Assembly (NCBI GenBank): GCA_964555735.1
Contig: CAZKTS010000288.1
Span: forward strand, 1,069 to 65,068
Direction of reading: 5' to 3'
DNA from: an uncultured Bifidobacteriaceae bacterium
Lineage (GTDB): Bacteria > Actinomycetota > Acidimicrobiia > IMCC26256 > PALSA-555
DNA: 64,000 nucleotides
Position numbers and translations under genes: made by a program. Numbering within the stretch: the stretch's first letter is position 1; each line of letters begins with the position of its first letter. Below are positions 16,135-24,885 of this stretch, piece by piece. The notes beneath the pieces were generated by a model. It saw nothing but the letters and a program-made list of their open reading frames with translations, was not told the DNA's origin and made no database searches.

Positions 16135-18156
16135 GTGGCGAAGACCGAGACTGAGGTCAAAGCAAAGCTCACGCTGACGGATGGGGCGTCGGCCACGCTG
16201 GCGAAGCTCAAGGGCGGGTTCCAGGGGCTGAACGCGGTGGTCGACAACACCGCGCGGGGGGTGTTCGATTTCGGCAAGCAGGTCGCGGCAGTGGCGATCG
16301 GCGTGAACCTCGGCAGCATCCTCGGCTCGATCCGAGACATCGGGACGTCCGCGTTCGCGGCTGCGAGCGCGGGGCAGCTGCAGATGCGCGAGCTGGGCAA
16401 GGCGATGGCGGGGCTCGCGTCGGCGAAGGGCGCCGGGATGGGTGACTTCGTGCGCGCGGCCGAGTCGGTCTATGACCGGCTCTCGGCGGTGGCGCGACAG
16501 GGGATGGTGGCGCGCGATGAGCTGGTGTCGGCGTTCTCTGAGACGGCCAAGAGCACGACGTTGACCAGCTCGGCGCTCACGAAGCTGATCGCTGACGTGG
16601 CGGGCGCGAGTCGCGCGTTGCCGGCGCCGATTGCGCAGGTGGTGCAGGGCTTCGAGCAGTTCCGAAAGAACGTGATCAGTTCGGACAACCCGCTGGTCAC
16701 GATGATCAAGCAAGCCAACCTGATGCGCGGGCACACCGAGCAGATCACGCTGCGCCTGCAGGCGATGGGGCGGCATCGCGCGCTGACGTTGGCGGGGCAG
16801 GCGTTGCGCGTGATGCAAGAGCGGGCGAAGGCGCTGCCGCCGACGCTGGACGACATGACGCAGCAGCTGGACGACATGCGCACGGACGTCCTGCGCACGG
16901 CCGGGACGCCGATGTTGCAGGCGTTGATGCCGGCGTTCTCGCGGTTGCAGAAGCTGATCGCGGCGCACCGCGAGGAGATCGTGAGGTACGCGCGCGCGGT
17001 GGGGCAGCACGTAGGCCAGTGGATCGTGGCTGCGGCGCAGAAGATCGCCGAGGGCTTCCGCTACATCGACACGCACTCGGCGGAGATCAAGCAGTCGATC
17101 ATGACGGCGTTCTCATACGCGAAGAGCGTGTGGGAGTTCATCATGCGTCACAAGCTCGCGATCGGCGGCGCGATGGTGGCGAGCCGTGTGGCGCCGGCGG
17201 CCGCGTCGGCCGGGTCGGCGGTTGCTGGTGCCGCGGGCGGTCTGATCTCGCTGGCGCGCACGGGGATCCCGGCGCTCGGGATTGCAGCGAGCAGTGCGGC
17301 GACGGGCGTGGCGGGCGCGACGCTGGCGCTAGGGTCGTTCGTGGCGGCGGTGGGATCGGTCGCTGCGGCGGTGATGCAGTACACGCAGCTCCTTGAGGAG
17401 ACGTCTGGAACTGGGCTCACGGGGGCGCTGGGTGGTGGGTCTGAGGACGCGGCGAACGCGGAGGCGCGCAAGAAGGCGATCGAGGCATACGCGAGCAGCT
17501 TTCAGCCGGCGGACGACGCGACCAGGCGCGCGTTCGAGGCGTGGGGCGCGACGGTCAAGGCGAACGCGGAGCACCTCGGCATGACTGCCGAGAGCGCGCG
17601 GGCGTTCGTAGCCTCGGCGGCGGCGAGCCATGACGCGCTGGTGAAGGCGACGGACGGCATGCGGCGCGCGGCGGAGCAGGCGCGTGCGATTCCCGACGCG
17701 ACGGCGGCGACGGTCGGTGCAGTTGCGGCGCAGGAGCTGGAGGTCGCGAAGGCGTTCGCGGCGAGCTACAACGCCGCAGCGAAGTCGGGCAACACCGCGG
17801 CGCTGAATGCGTCGGTGTCGATTCTCGCGGGCTCGAAGGGGCTGCAGGCTGCGATTCTGAAGGCGGGGTCGTTGGCGGGGTTGTCGCTGGATCAGCTGGC
17901 CGATCAGCTCGGGCTGAAGTTGGGCGAGTTCGGCGACAAGTTGCGTGAGCAGGCTGGGATCGATGCTGAGAAGAACGCGCAGGGCGAGAAGGGCGCGGTG
18001 CCGCTGAACGTGTTCAACGGCGGCCAGACGTTCAACATCAAGCAGGACTTCCGCGATCAAGACCCGGACCGGATCGCGGTGGTGTTCGAGCGCGACATCG
18101 CGCGCGCCGCGCAGAACCGCCTGCAGGCGCGCAGCGCGCTCCCGTTCGGCGGATGA
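16135..18156 (+). CDS. tail tape measure protein (673 aa)
   Basis: Ala-rich, predicted helical, long ORF right after the frameshifting chaperone. The GTG start lies 7 nt after a GTGATACGCT box. Confidence 0.8.
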   Translation: MAKTETEVKAKLTLTDGASATLAKLKGGFQGLNAVVDNTARGVFDFGKQVAAVAIGVNLGSILGSIRDIGTSAFAAASAGQLQMRELGKAMAGLASAKGAGMGDFVRAAESVYDRLSAVARQGMVARDELVSAFSETAKSTTLTSSALTKLIADVAGASRALPAPIAQVVQGFEQFRKNVISSDNPLVTMIKQANLMRGHTEQITLRLQAMGRHRALTLAGQALRVMQERAKALPPTLDDMTQQLDDMRTDVLRTAGTPMLQALMPAFSRLQKLIAAHREEIVRYARAVGQHVGQWIVAAAQKIAEGFRYIDTHSAEIKQSIMTAFSYAKSVWEFIMRHKLAIGGAMVASRVAPAAASAGSAVAGAAGGLISLARTGIPALGIAASSAATGVAGATLALGSFVAAVGSVAAAVMQYTQLLEETSGTGLTGALGGGSEDAANAEARKKAIEAYASSFQPADDATRRAFEAWGATVKANAEHLGMTAESARAFVASAAASHDALVKATDGMRRAAEQARAIPDATAATVGAVAAQELEVAKAFAASYNAAAKSGNTAALNASVSILAGSKGLQAAILKAGSLAGLSLDQLADQLGLKLGEFGDKLREQAGIDAEKNAQGEKGAVPLNVFNGGQTFNIKQDFRDQDPDRIAVVFERDIARAAQNRLQARSALPFGG

Positions 18157-18362
18157 CCATCGCCGATGCGCCCGAGCTGCTGTGGTCGCTACGGTACGAC
18201 GCCGATCACGATGTGATGATGGTGGCCTATCACCACGACCCGACGGCGCCCGAGCACTGCCCATGGTGCGCCGGGGGGCGGTGCGTGCAGGAGGTGCGGT
18301 GGTGGCCGCGCCATGGGGCGGTGTGGCTGTGGATCCACGGCGCGGCCGGCGCCCTGAGCTAA
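18153..18362 (+). CDS. hypothetical small protein (69 aa; CPWC...C motif)
   Basis: ATGA overlap with the tape measure stop. Confidence 0.45.
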   Translation: MTIADAPELLWSLRYDADHDVMMVAYHHDPTAPEHCPWCAGGRCVQEVRWWPRHGAVWLWIHGAAGALS

Positions 18363-18480
18363 GGCGCCTAATCGCCGCCCTACGGCGCCCGGAGCCGCCA
18401 GGGCACCCTAGCCCCCATCCGGGGCCGCCGGACGCGCCCACGGGGCGATTAGGCGCCCTGGCGGGTTGCGCGGCGGTGGT
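18362..18480 (+). repeat. composite intergenic repeat, copy A
   Basis: Contains GGCGCCTAATCGCC (18363-18376) and its exact inverse GGCGATTAGGCGCC (18444-18457), the 17-mer GGGCACCCTAGCCCCCA (18401-18417) and a CCCTACGGCGCC variant of the core. Confidence 0.75.
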
Positions 18481-18489
18481 CGGCGCAGA

Positions 18490-18495
18490 TAGGCT
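18490..18495 (+). promoter_or_regulatory. class-L box TAGGCT with a 21-nt leader and AGGAGA RBS before ATG 18517
   Basis: cagaTAGGCTaggggtcAGGAGActgagccgATG. Confidence 0.45.
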
Positions 18496-18516
18496 AGGGG
18501 TCAGGAGACTGAGCCG

Positions 18517-18909
18517 ATGCGAAAGATTCTGATCGCGATGCCCGAAGAGCTTCCGCCCGAGCTGGCGACCGACCCGGACGTGCTGGTGGTCAGCCCGGAG
18601 ATGATCCCGCCCGAGGTGATGGCGATGCTCGACGAGGCGACCAACGGCGCGCTGAGCGGATCGGGGGCGCTGGAGGCGTGGGCGGGCGAGGAGGAGCGCG
18701 AGCACGGCATGGCCGGGCTCGACGACGACGGCGCCGAGGAGTCGGCGCAGCGCGGCGGCAAGGGCGACGACGAGGACGAGGAGAAGTCGGCCGAGGGCGA
18801 CGACGAGGACGAGGAGAGCGAGAAGAAATCGGCCGAGGGCCGTCGCTCGGCGCGGCAGGCGGTTCGCCGCTCGCCGCTGCAGATCTGGGCGCGGCGCTCG
18901 CTTGGCTGA
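18517..18909 (+). CDS. highly acidic protein (130 aa)
   Basis: AGGAGA RBS at 18503-18508. Contains D/E runs (GDDEDEEKSAEGDDEDEESEKK). Confidence 0.6.
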   Translation: MRKILIAMPEELPPELATDPDVLVVSPEMIPPEVMAMLDEATNGALSGSGALEAWAGEEEREHGMAGLDDDGAEESAQRGGKGDDEDEEKSAEGDDEDEESEKKSAEGRRSARQAVRRSPLQIWARRSLG

Positions 18910-18936
18910 CGCGCGCGCCCGTGAACCGGGGGGCGC

Positions 18937-20271
18937 GTGTCGAGTGAAGTCTCCATCCGCGAGCTGACCGGCGCGCGTCGCGAGCTACGGCTGCGCGGCG
19001 CCGGTCTGCCGTTGAGGGGCCAGGCCGACTGGGGCAGCCATCAGCGGGTGGTGACGACGTGGCCGGCGGGCAACGGGGCGCGAGCGACGCAGCACGTCCT
19101 TGGGCCGATCGAGGCGCCAACCAAGCTGACCGGCGAGTGGAACACGACGCGGCTGCTATCGCAGCCGTGCGGGTTCGTGGACGGTGACGGGCCGGAGCGC
19201 AAAGTGGTCATCGCGCACGACCTCGCGCTCTTGCTCGAAGACATCGTGCGCAGCGGGTCGCTGTTGCGCGTGACGTGGATCACGCAGCTGAACGACGTAT
19301 CCGGGCCGCGTGAGGTGCTGCGCGAGGGGCGCGCGCTCGACTTCTCGATCCAGCCGGACACGATCGACGACATCGTCTGGTCCGTCTCGTTCGAGTGGGT
19401 GAGCCGCGGCGACCGGCAGCAGCGCGCGGTGAGCTTCGAGACGAACGAAGCGGAGTCGGCGCTCTTCGACATCAACCAGGCGGCCTTCTCGGTCGCGGAT
19501 GCGTTGGAGGGCGCGAAGCTGGCCACGGCGAACCGCCTGATCCCGAAGGGGGCGCAGCCGCTGACGATCGGGCAGTTCGAGCAGCTCGCCAACGCACCCT
19601 CGACGGTGTTTCGCAGCTTCGCGCAGGCCGCGAATCTGATCGGCAACCGCGCCAAGCGCATCGGCGATCTGGTGCAGTCGGTGAGGACGGCGCCTTACGA
19701 GGTGTTGACCCAAGCGCTCGACGTGGCGCGCAACGCGCAGGCGGTCGCGAATCAGTTTGTGGACGCGATGACGTCGACTCCGCCCGAGGAGATGACGTTC
19801 AACACGAGCCTGAGCAGCGTGACGCGCGCGGCGAGCTACTTCGGCGACGGGACGAAGCAGGCGCAATACATGGCGCGGCAGTCGACGGCGGCGCAGCAGC
19901 GGCTGCGCGCGCAGCAGCAGGCGGCGCTTGCTGGTGGTGAGCAAGGCAAGGCGTCTTCGCCGCTGCAGACTGGCCCGGGCAAGGGCGACTTGCAGTTCTA
20001 TCTGACGCGGCCTGGTGACACGCTGATCGGGCTCGCGCTGAAGTTCTACGGCACCGAAGCCGGGGCGATCGACATCGCGACGGCGAACGCGCTGCGCTTG
20101 ACGACGGCGGTGGTACCGCCGCGGATGACGCTGCTGATCCCGCCGCTGTCGACCACTAGCGCGGCGCAGACGGCGCCGAGCAATCTGCCGTTCAGCGTGG
20201 CGCCGGCGACGAACCCGGCGATCGATGGACAGGTGTCGCCGGTGGTGCAGCAGCCGGGGCTCTTCCCGTGA
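18937..20271 (+). CDS. tail/baseplate protein with C-terminal LysM domain (Mu gp43 / P2 gpX-like position)
   Basis: The C-terminus YLTRPGDTLIGLALKFYGTEAGAIDIATANALRL..MTLLIPP matches the LysM consensus. Sits between the tape measure and the hub. Confidence 0.65.
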   Translation: MSSEVSIRELTGARRELRLRGAGLPLRGQADWGSHQRVVTTWPAGNGARATQHVLGPIEAPTKLTGEWNTTRLLSQPCGFVDGDGPERKVVIAHDLALLLEDIVRSGSLLRVTWITQLNDVSGPREVLREGRALDFSIQPDTIDDIVWSVSFEWVSRGDRQQRAVSFETNEAESALFDINQAAFSVADALEGAKLATANRLIPKGAQPLTIGQFEQLANAPSTVFRSFAQAANLIGNRAKRIGDLVQSVRTAPYEVLTQALDVARNAQAVANQFVDAMTSTPPEEMTFNTSLSSVTRAASYFGDGTKQAQYMARQSTAAQQRLRAQQQAALAGGEQGKASSPLQTGPGKGDLQFYLTRPGDTLIGLALKFYGTEAGAIDIATANALRLTTAVVPPRMTLLIPPLSTTSAAQTAPSNLPFSVAPATNPAIDGQVSPVVQQPGLFP

Positions 20272-22034
20272 TCGACGAATACCCCGAGCAGGGGTACTAC
20301 CCTGGCGCGCTCGTACGACTTGCGATCCGGTTCGACGACCCGAAGCGCAAGCGGTTCAATCGCCAGTTTCCGCGCTATCCGGCCACGGCGCTCAAGCGCA
20401 AGATCCCGCGCGTGCTCGACATCGTGCAGGACGGCGCCGATCTGGTGCTCGTACCGCGCGGCTCGAAGGACTTGGCGGTGTCGCCGCAACGGCAGGCGGT
20501 GAGCGATGACCAGCTGACACAGGTGATCGACGGCGTGATCCCGCTGAATGCGACGCTGTCGCTGAACGGCCTGCGGACGGCGAGCACGCTGTCGCTTGAG
20601 ATCCCGTATGCCGATCTGCCGGTAGAGCCGCGCATGGTGCGCGGCGTCGGCGTGGAGTTCTACCTCGGGACGCTGACGGCCGAGGAGTTCCGGCGCGGCA
20701 TCAGTGGCGGCCTGCGCGCGGGTACGAACGGGCAATTTGTGCCGCTCAATTCGATCCCATATGACTACGTCGACGGCTTCGGCCGGAAGCGGACAAATCT
20801 ACGCTTCGAGGGCTGGGTCGATGCGTGGGAGGCGTCGTGGAGCAGCGACGGGCAGCCCACGGTCAAGCTGGAGTGTCGCGACAACACGACGCTCTTGATC
20901 GATACGGAAGCGCCGCAGCAGCTGACGATCGATCCCAAGCTGCCGGTCACCCGCGCGTTTGCGGACTACCTTGCGGCGTTCCCGCAGTTCTTCGGGCTGC
21001 GCGTGCGCTACTACCCCGACGGGGCCGAGGTGCCGATCTATCGCAAGGCGCTGCAAAAGAGCGCGTTTAACCCGCGCCTGGGGCCGATGGCGACCGGCGA
21101 GAAGATGAGCATCTGGGACTACTTCACCGATGTTGCCGGAGCGATCGGCCACACGGTGCGATTCGACGGGCGCGCGATCATCGTGCAGCGACCTCGCACG
21201 TACTACGGCGGGCAGTACCCGCCGCGCCCCGACGATCCGTTCCAGGGGCGGCTCTTGCCAAGCGGCCGCGCGCTGCCGTTTCGGCTGTTCGTGTACGGGC
21301 GAAACATCCTCGACTATTCGGTCAAGCGAAACTTCACGACGGCGGGCCCGACGACGATCGAAGTGCGGTGCTACTCGAACACGAAGAAGCGAACGCTGGT
21401 CGTCCGCTACCCGCTGAAGAAGGACCGACTGGAGCGCGGCCTACCTGGGAGTTTGCTACCCGATGAGAAGCTCGTGGTGTTTCGCCTGAGCGGCATCGGC
21501 GATGACAAGACCTTGAAGATCGTCGCGCAGCAGATTTACGAGCAGCTGGGGCGCAACGAGCTGGAGGTCATGATTCATACGAAGAACCTCGGCTCGTTCG
21601 GCGGCAGCACCCTCGACCCCGACCTACTCGATTGCAAGCCTGGCGACACGGTGCAGCTGGAGATCAGCGACGATCCGACCACGGCCGAGGGCAACACGAC
21701 CAGCGCGATCGAGCGCGAGGGGACGGTGGCGACGCGCGCGGCGGCATTCGTGCGCGAGCTGGGCTACAGCGACGACTTCGCCCGGGCGTACGGGCGTGCG
21801 AAAGAGGCGGCGCGGCACCAGCAATCGTTTTACCGCGTGAAGCGCATGGAGTATCGGTGGTCGATGGATCAAGGGATCGATGTGGTCGTGACCGGGATCA
21901 ACTACCTGGAGGTCCGTGGCGATGAGCTGCCGGAGGGTGAGGTGCAGCTGAGCGCGGAGGATGTGCGGGCGCAGCAGGCGCAGCGCGCGAGAGAGTTCCC
22001 GATCGCGTCGCACGGGCGCCGGCTGGGTGGGTGA
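20268..22034 (+). CDS. baseplate hub protein (P2 gpD / Mu gp44-like)
   Basis: Synteny, plus a FEGWVDAWEASWSSDGQPTVKLECRDNTTLL-type motif common in gpD-like hub proteins. Confidence 0.55.
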   Translation: MIDEYPEQGYYPGALVRLAIRFDDPKRKRFNRQFPRYPATALKRKIPRVLDIVQDGADLVLVPRGSKDLAVSPQRQAVSDDQLTQVIDGVIPLNATLSLNGLRTASTLSLEIPYADLPVEPRMVRGVGVEFYLGTLTAEEFRRGISGGLRAGTNGQFVPLNSIPYDYVDGFGRKRTNLRFEGWVDAWEASWSSDGQPTVKLECRDNTTLLIDTEAPQQLTIDPKLPVTRAFADYLAAFPQFFGLRVRYYPDGAEVPIYRKALQKSAFNPRLGPMATGEKMSIWDYFTDVAGAIGHTVRFDGRAIIVQRPRTYYGGQYPPRPDDPFQGRLLPSGRALPFRLFVYGRNILDYSVKRNFTTAGPTTIEVRCYSNTKKRTLVVRYPLKKDRLERGLPGSLLPDEKLVVFRLSGIGDDKTLKIVAQQIYEQLGRNELEVMIHTKNLGSFGGSTLDPDLLDCKPGDTVQLEISDDPTTAEGNTTSAIEREGTVATRAAAFVRELGYSDDFARAYGRAKEAARHQQSFYRVKRMEYRWSMDQGIDVVVTGINYLEVRGDELPEGEVQLSAEDVRAQQAQRAREFPIASHGRRLGG

Positions 22035-23095
22035 TGGCTGGGCGCAGCACTGACCAGAGCACGATGGCGCAGGCGTTCGCCGGGCCCGGGATGGACACTC
22101 GGATCTGGGCGTCGTGGGCGACGGTGGACGCGCCCGATGAGACGGGCGAGCAGGCGGTGGTCTTCGACCAGGAGGACGGCCAAATCTATGTGGCGTGCAC
22201 GCTGCAGCCGTCGATGATCCCGGTCAATGCGCGGGTGGGGATGCTGTTCGCGGGTGCAGGTGAGGCGGCGTGGTTTCCGCTGCTCGCGGGCGACGAAGTG
22301 TTCGTGATCTTGCCCGAGGGCGACCCGCGCGCGGGTGCGCTGATCGTGAGCCGCGCAAACAACGCCTACGATCCGTTTCCGTTCGACTCGGTCGCGGGCG
22401 TGGATCCGACGATGAATAGCCTGGCGGTGCTGCGCACGCGCCCGGCGGTCACGATCGAGAGTGGCGCGACGGTGATGCTGCGCAGCGCGGCGGCCGGCGC
22501 GTTCTTTCGGCTGGACGCGAAGGGTGGCATCACATCGCGCGATGGGTCGACGGGTGTGCTGCAGCAGAGCGCGGATCTGTGGGGCTATCAGTCGGGGCCT
22601 GGCGATGCGTTCCACCAGTTCGATCTGAATGCGCAGCGGTACAGCTGGCAGATCGGCTCGGCCAACGCGACCTTCTGCGGCGATGGCGCCGACGTCGCGA
22701 CGCAGGGCCGCTCGATCGTGAAGCTGCCGGGGCCGTGCACGCTGGCGATGGGCGGGCTCGATCAAAACAACGCGGTGGAGCACGCGGCGAGCACGGAGTC
22801 GGTGGTCAATCTGCTGGTGCAGGTGCTGGCGCTAGTGGGCGCCAACATCGCGGTGGCCAACCCGGGGCCGCTGACGGGCGCGGCGCTGGCACCGCTGCTC
22901 AACGCGCTGACCACGCCGACGGTGCAGGCGGCGATCGTGGCGGCGATTCAGGCGGCGGCGGTGCAACCGCAGGCGTCGAGCATCGCGGCGGCGCTGTTCG
23001 CGGCGCTGGCGACGCCGACGGCGAAGCCCGCGGGCGTGCCGGGGTTCGGGCAGCTGCAGCCGGGGCTAGGTTCGCAGGGGCTGGTGATCGGGTAG
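22031..23095 (+). CDS. baseplate central spike (gpV/gp45, VgrG-like OB-fold)
   Basis: AGAGEAAWFPLLAGDEVFVILPEGDPRAGALIV matches the gpV/gp5 OB-fold signature (GDEV.V.f..GD...p.i.g). Confidence 0.7.
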   Translation: MMAGRSTDQSTMAQAFAGPGMDTRIWASWATVDAPDETGEQAVVFDQEDGQIYVACTLQPSMIPVNARVGMLFAGAGEAAWFPLLAGDEVFVILPEGDPRAGALIVSRANNAYDPFPFDSVAGVDPTMNSLAVLRTRPAVTIESGATVMLRSAAAGAFFRLDAKGGITSRDGSTGVLQQSADLWGYQSGPGDAFHQFDLNAQRYSWQIGSANATFCGDGADVATQGRSIVKLPGPCTLAMGGLDQNNAVEHAASTESVVNLLVQVLALVGANIAVANPGPLTGAALAPLLNALTTPTVQAAIVAAIQAAAVQPQASSIAAALFAALATPTAKPAGVPGFGQLQPGLGSQGLVIG

Positions 23096-23098
23096 GCT
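23093..23098 (+). promoter_or_regulatory. class-L box TAGGCT abutting ATG 23099 and 6 nt before ATG 23105 (amidase)
   Basis: cgggTAGGCTATGgcgATGgccATG. Confidence 0.45.
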
Positions 23099-24439
23099 AT
23101 GGCGATGGCCATGGCGAGTGCGCGAGAGTTGGCGGCGGCGTGTCAGGCGGTGCCGTGCACGGCGGTTCCTGTGCGGCTCGCGGACGGGCGCGTGGTGGAG
23201 TTCTGGGCGATGAACGACGCGGCCAAGGTCGCGGGCGTGCGGGCGATGGTATCGGCCAACCTCGCGCAGCAGGCGGCCGACCTGTGCGGGATGATGTTGC
23301 CGACGGCGCGCATGGTCGATCTGATCGTGGACGCGGCCACGATGCTGGTGGACCCGATGCCGATGCCGATCAGCGCGACGCCGGAGGCGGCGGTCACTCA
23401 TTCGCGCCGAGTGGATACGGCGGTCGGCGCGGCGCGCGGGCTCCTGAGCAACGTGGGCAAGTGGTGGGTGATCGATAACAAGCTGTCGATCGCGCACGGC
23501 CGGGCGATGAACTACGGGTGGCACGTCCGCGCGAACCCTTGGCGCGGGATCGCGACTCACCCGGCGGTCAGCGGGTCATGGCGTGTGATCCAGCCGGCGG
23601 CGACGGCGCACAACGGCCTGCACTACGACTACTCGCAGACGCTGCGGCTGGTGCGGCGCGAGTGCACGCTGGACGGAGAGCCGGCGGACCTCGCGCAGCT
23701 GCTGGCGGATCCGACCTGCGCGGCGGCGCTCACGACGTGCGGCCCGATGGTGATCACGCGCCAGCCGGGGGTGGAGCCTCCCGGGGTGGTGGTGCTGCCC
23801 GAGGTGGTGATCACGGCGAGCCCGCCGAAGCCGGTGGCGCCGAAGCCGATGGTGGCGGCGGTGGCGGCCGCGCGGGCGGCGATGGGCGACTTCGAGGACA
23901 TCCGCTTCGTGCCGACGCGGCAGCGCACGGCGGCGCAGCGCCGGCCGGACCAGATCCGGTGGATCGTGCTGCACACGGCCGAGACGGGCGAGGTGCCCAA
24001 CGCGGCGGAGAACCTCGCGGCGTGGGTGGCGGGGCCGCAGGCGCCGCAAGCGAGCTGGCACTTTGCGGTCGACTGCGACTCGATCGTGCAGAGCGTGCGG
24101 CTGTGTGATGTGGCGTGGCACGCGCCGGGCGCGAACCGAGATGGCATCGGGATCGAGCAGGCGGGGCGCGCAGCGCAGGGCGGCGTGCAGTGGGAGGACG
24201 ACTACTCGACGCGGATGCTGGAGCGCACGGCGCAGCTGGTGGCGCGGCTGTGCCGGCTGACGGGGATCCCGGTGGTGCGGCTCGGGCCTAGCGATCTGGT
24301 GCGTGCGGGGACGCGCGGGGTGTGCGGGCATCACGACGTGACGCTGGCGTTCATGAAGTCGACGCACACCGATCCGGGCGCGGCGTATCCGTGGGATCGA
24401 GTGCTCGGGCGGGTGCGTGATCTGCTGGCGGGTGGGTGA
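23099..24439 (+). CDS. N-acetylmuramoyl-L-alanine amidase (Amidase_2/AmpD-PGRP type) with a ~250-aa N-terminal domain of unknown function
   Basis: The C-terminal domain reads IRWIVLHTAETG ... WHFAVD ... AWHAPGANRDGIGIEQAG ... VCGHHDV..KSTHTDPG. The start could be ATG 23099, 23105 or 23111. Confidence 0.85.
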   Translation: MAMAMASARELAAACQAVPCTAVPVRLADGRVVEFWAMNDAAKVAGVRAMVSANLAQQAADLCGMMLPTARMVDLIVDAATMLVDPMPMPISATPEAAVTHSRRVDTAVGAARGLLSNVGKWWVIDNKLSIAHGRAMNYGWHVRANPWRGIATHPAVSGSWRVIQPAATAHNGLHYDYSQTLRLVRRECTLDGEPADLAQLLADPTCAAALTTCGPMVITRQPGVEPPGVVVLPEVVITASPPKPVAPKPMVAAVAAARAAMGDFEDIRFVPTRQRTAAQRRPDQIRWIVLHTAETGEVPNAAENLAAWVAGPQAPQASWHFAVDCDSIVQSVRLCDVAWHAPGANRDGIGIEQAGRAAQGGVQWEDDYSTRMLERTAQLVARLCRLTGIPVVRLGPSDLVRAGTRGVCGHHDVTLAFMKSTHTDPGAAYPWDRVLGRVRDLLAGG

Positions 24440-24744
24440 TGGCCGGAGTACCGCCGCCGCCCGATCTGCCACCGCCCGCGCCTGGCAGCTCGCCACTAGT
24501 CAGCGCGGAGGCGTCGTTCCCGCCATCGCCGAGCGCCGCGGACATCTGCGGCTTCAAGATCCCGCCGATCTTCGTGTTCAACATCTCGATCAACATTCCG
24601 TTTCCGTCGTTCGCGCTGCCGAACTTCCAATTTGCGCTGTCGCTGAAGTGCGACTTGAACGACCCGATCGGCGCCGAGGTGAGTTTCGGGGGCGGGCGGT
24701 CGCCGACGGGTGACACGATGGACCCGATCGAGCAGGACTTCTAA
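24436..24744 (+). CDS. hypothetical Pro-rich / beta-rich small baseplate-module protein (102 aa)
   Basis: Coupled (GTGATG) to the amidase gene. Locally lower GC. Confidence 0.45.
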   Translation: MMAGVPPPPDLPPPAPGSSPLVSAEASFPPSPSAADICGFKIPPIFVFNISINIPFPSFALPNFQFALSLKCDLNDPIGAEVSFGGGRSPTGDTMDPIEQDF

Positions 24745-24868
24745 GCGCCTCGCTGCCGCGCCTTTGGGCCCCGGGCACCCTAGCCCCCACGGGGCGCCCA
24801 AAAGCGCGCCTACGGGGCGCCCACGCGGGCTCCCGGGGTGCTCCGGGGCCGTGGGGTCACTGGGGCCC
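24745..24868 (+). repeat. composite intergenic repeat, copy B
   Basis: Contains the identical 17-mer GGGCACCCTAGCCCCCA (24773-24789), AAAGCGCGCCTACGGGG (24801-24817), and ACGGGGCGCCCA twice (24789-24800 and 24812-24823). Confidence 0.75.
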
Positions 24869-24878
24869 GTGATAGGCT
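24869..24878 (+). promoter_or_regulatory. class-L box GTGATAGGCT, 7 nt before GTG 24886
   Basis: ccGTGATAGGCTcctcggcGTG. Confidence 0.55.
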
Positions 24879-24885
24879 CCTCGGC

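Noticed and set aside
18517-18909. Calling the acidic protein an Ocr/ArdA-type DNA mimic.
   Set aside because: Only charge composition supports this. There is no recognisable sequence similarity, and it lies in a tail operon. I kept it as a low-interest hypothesis only.
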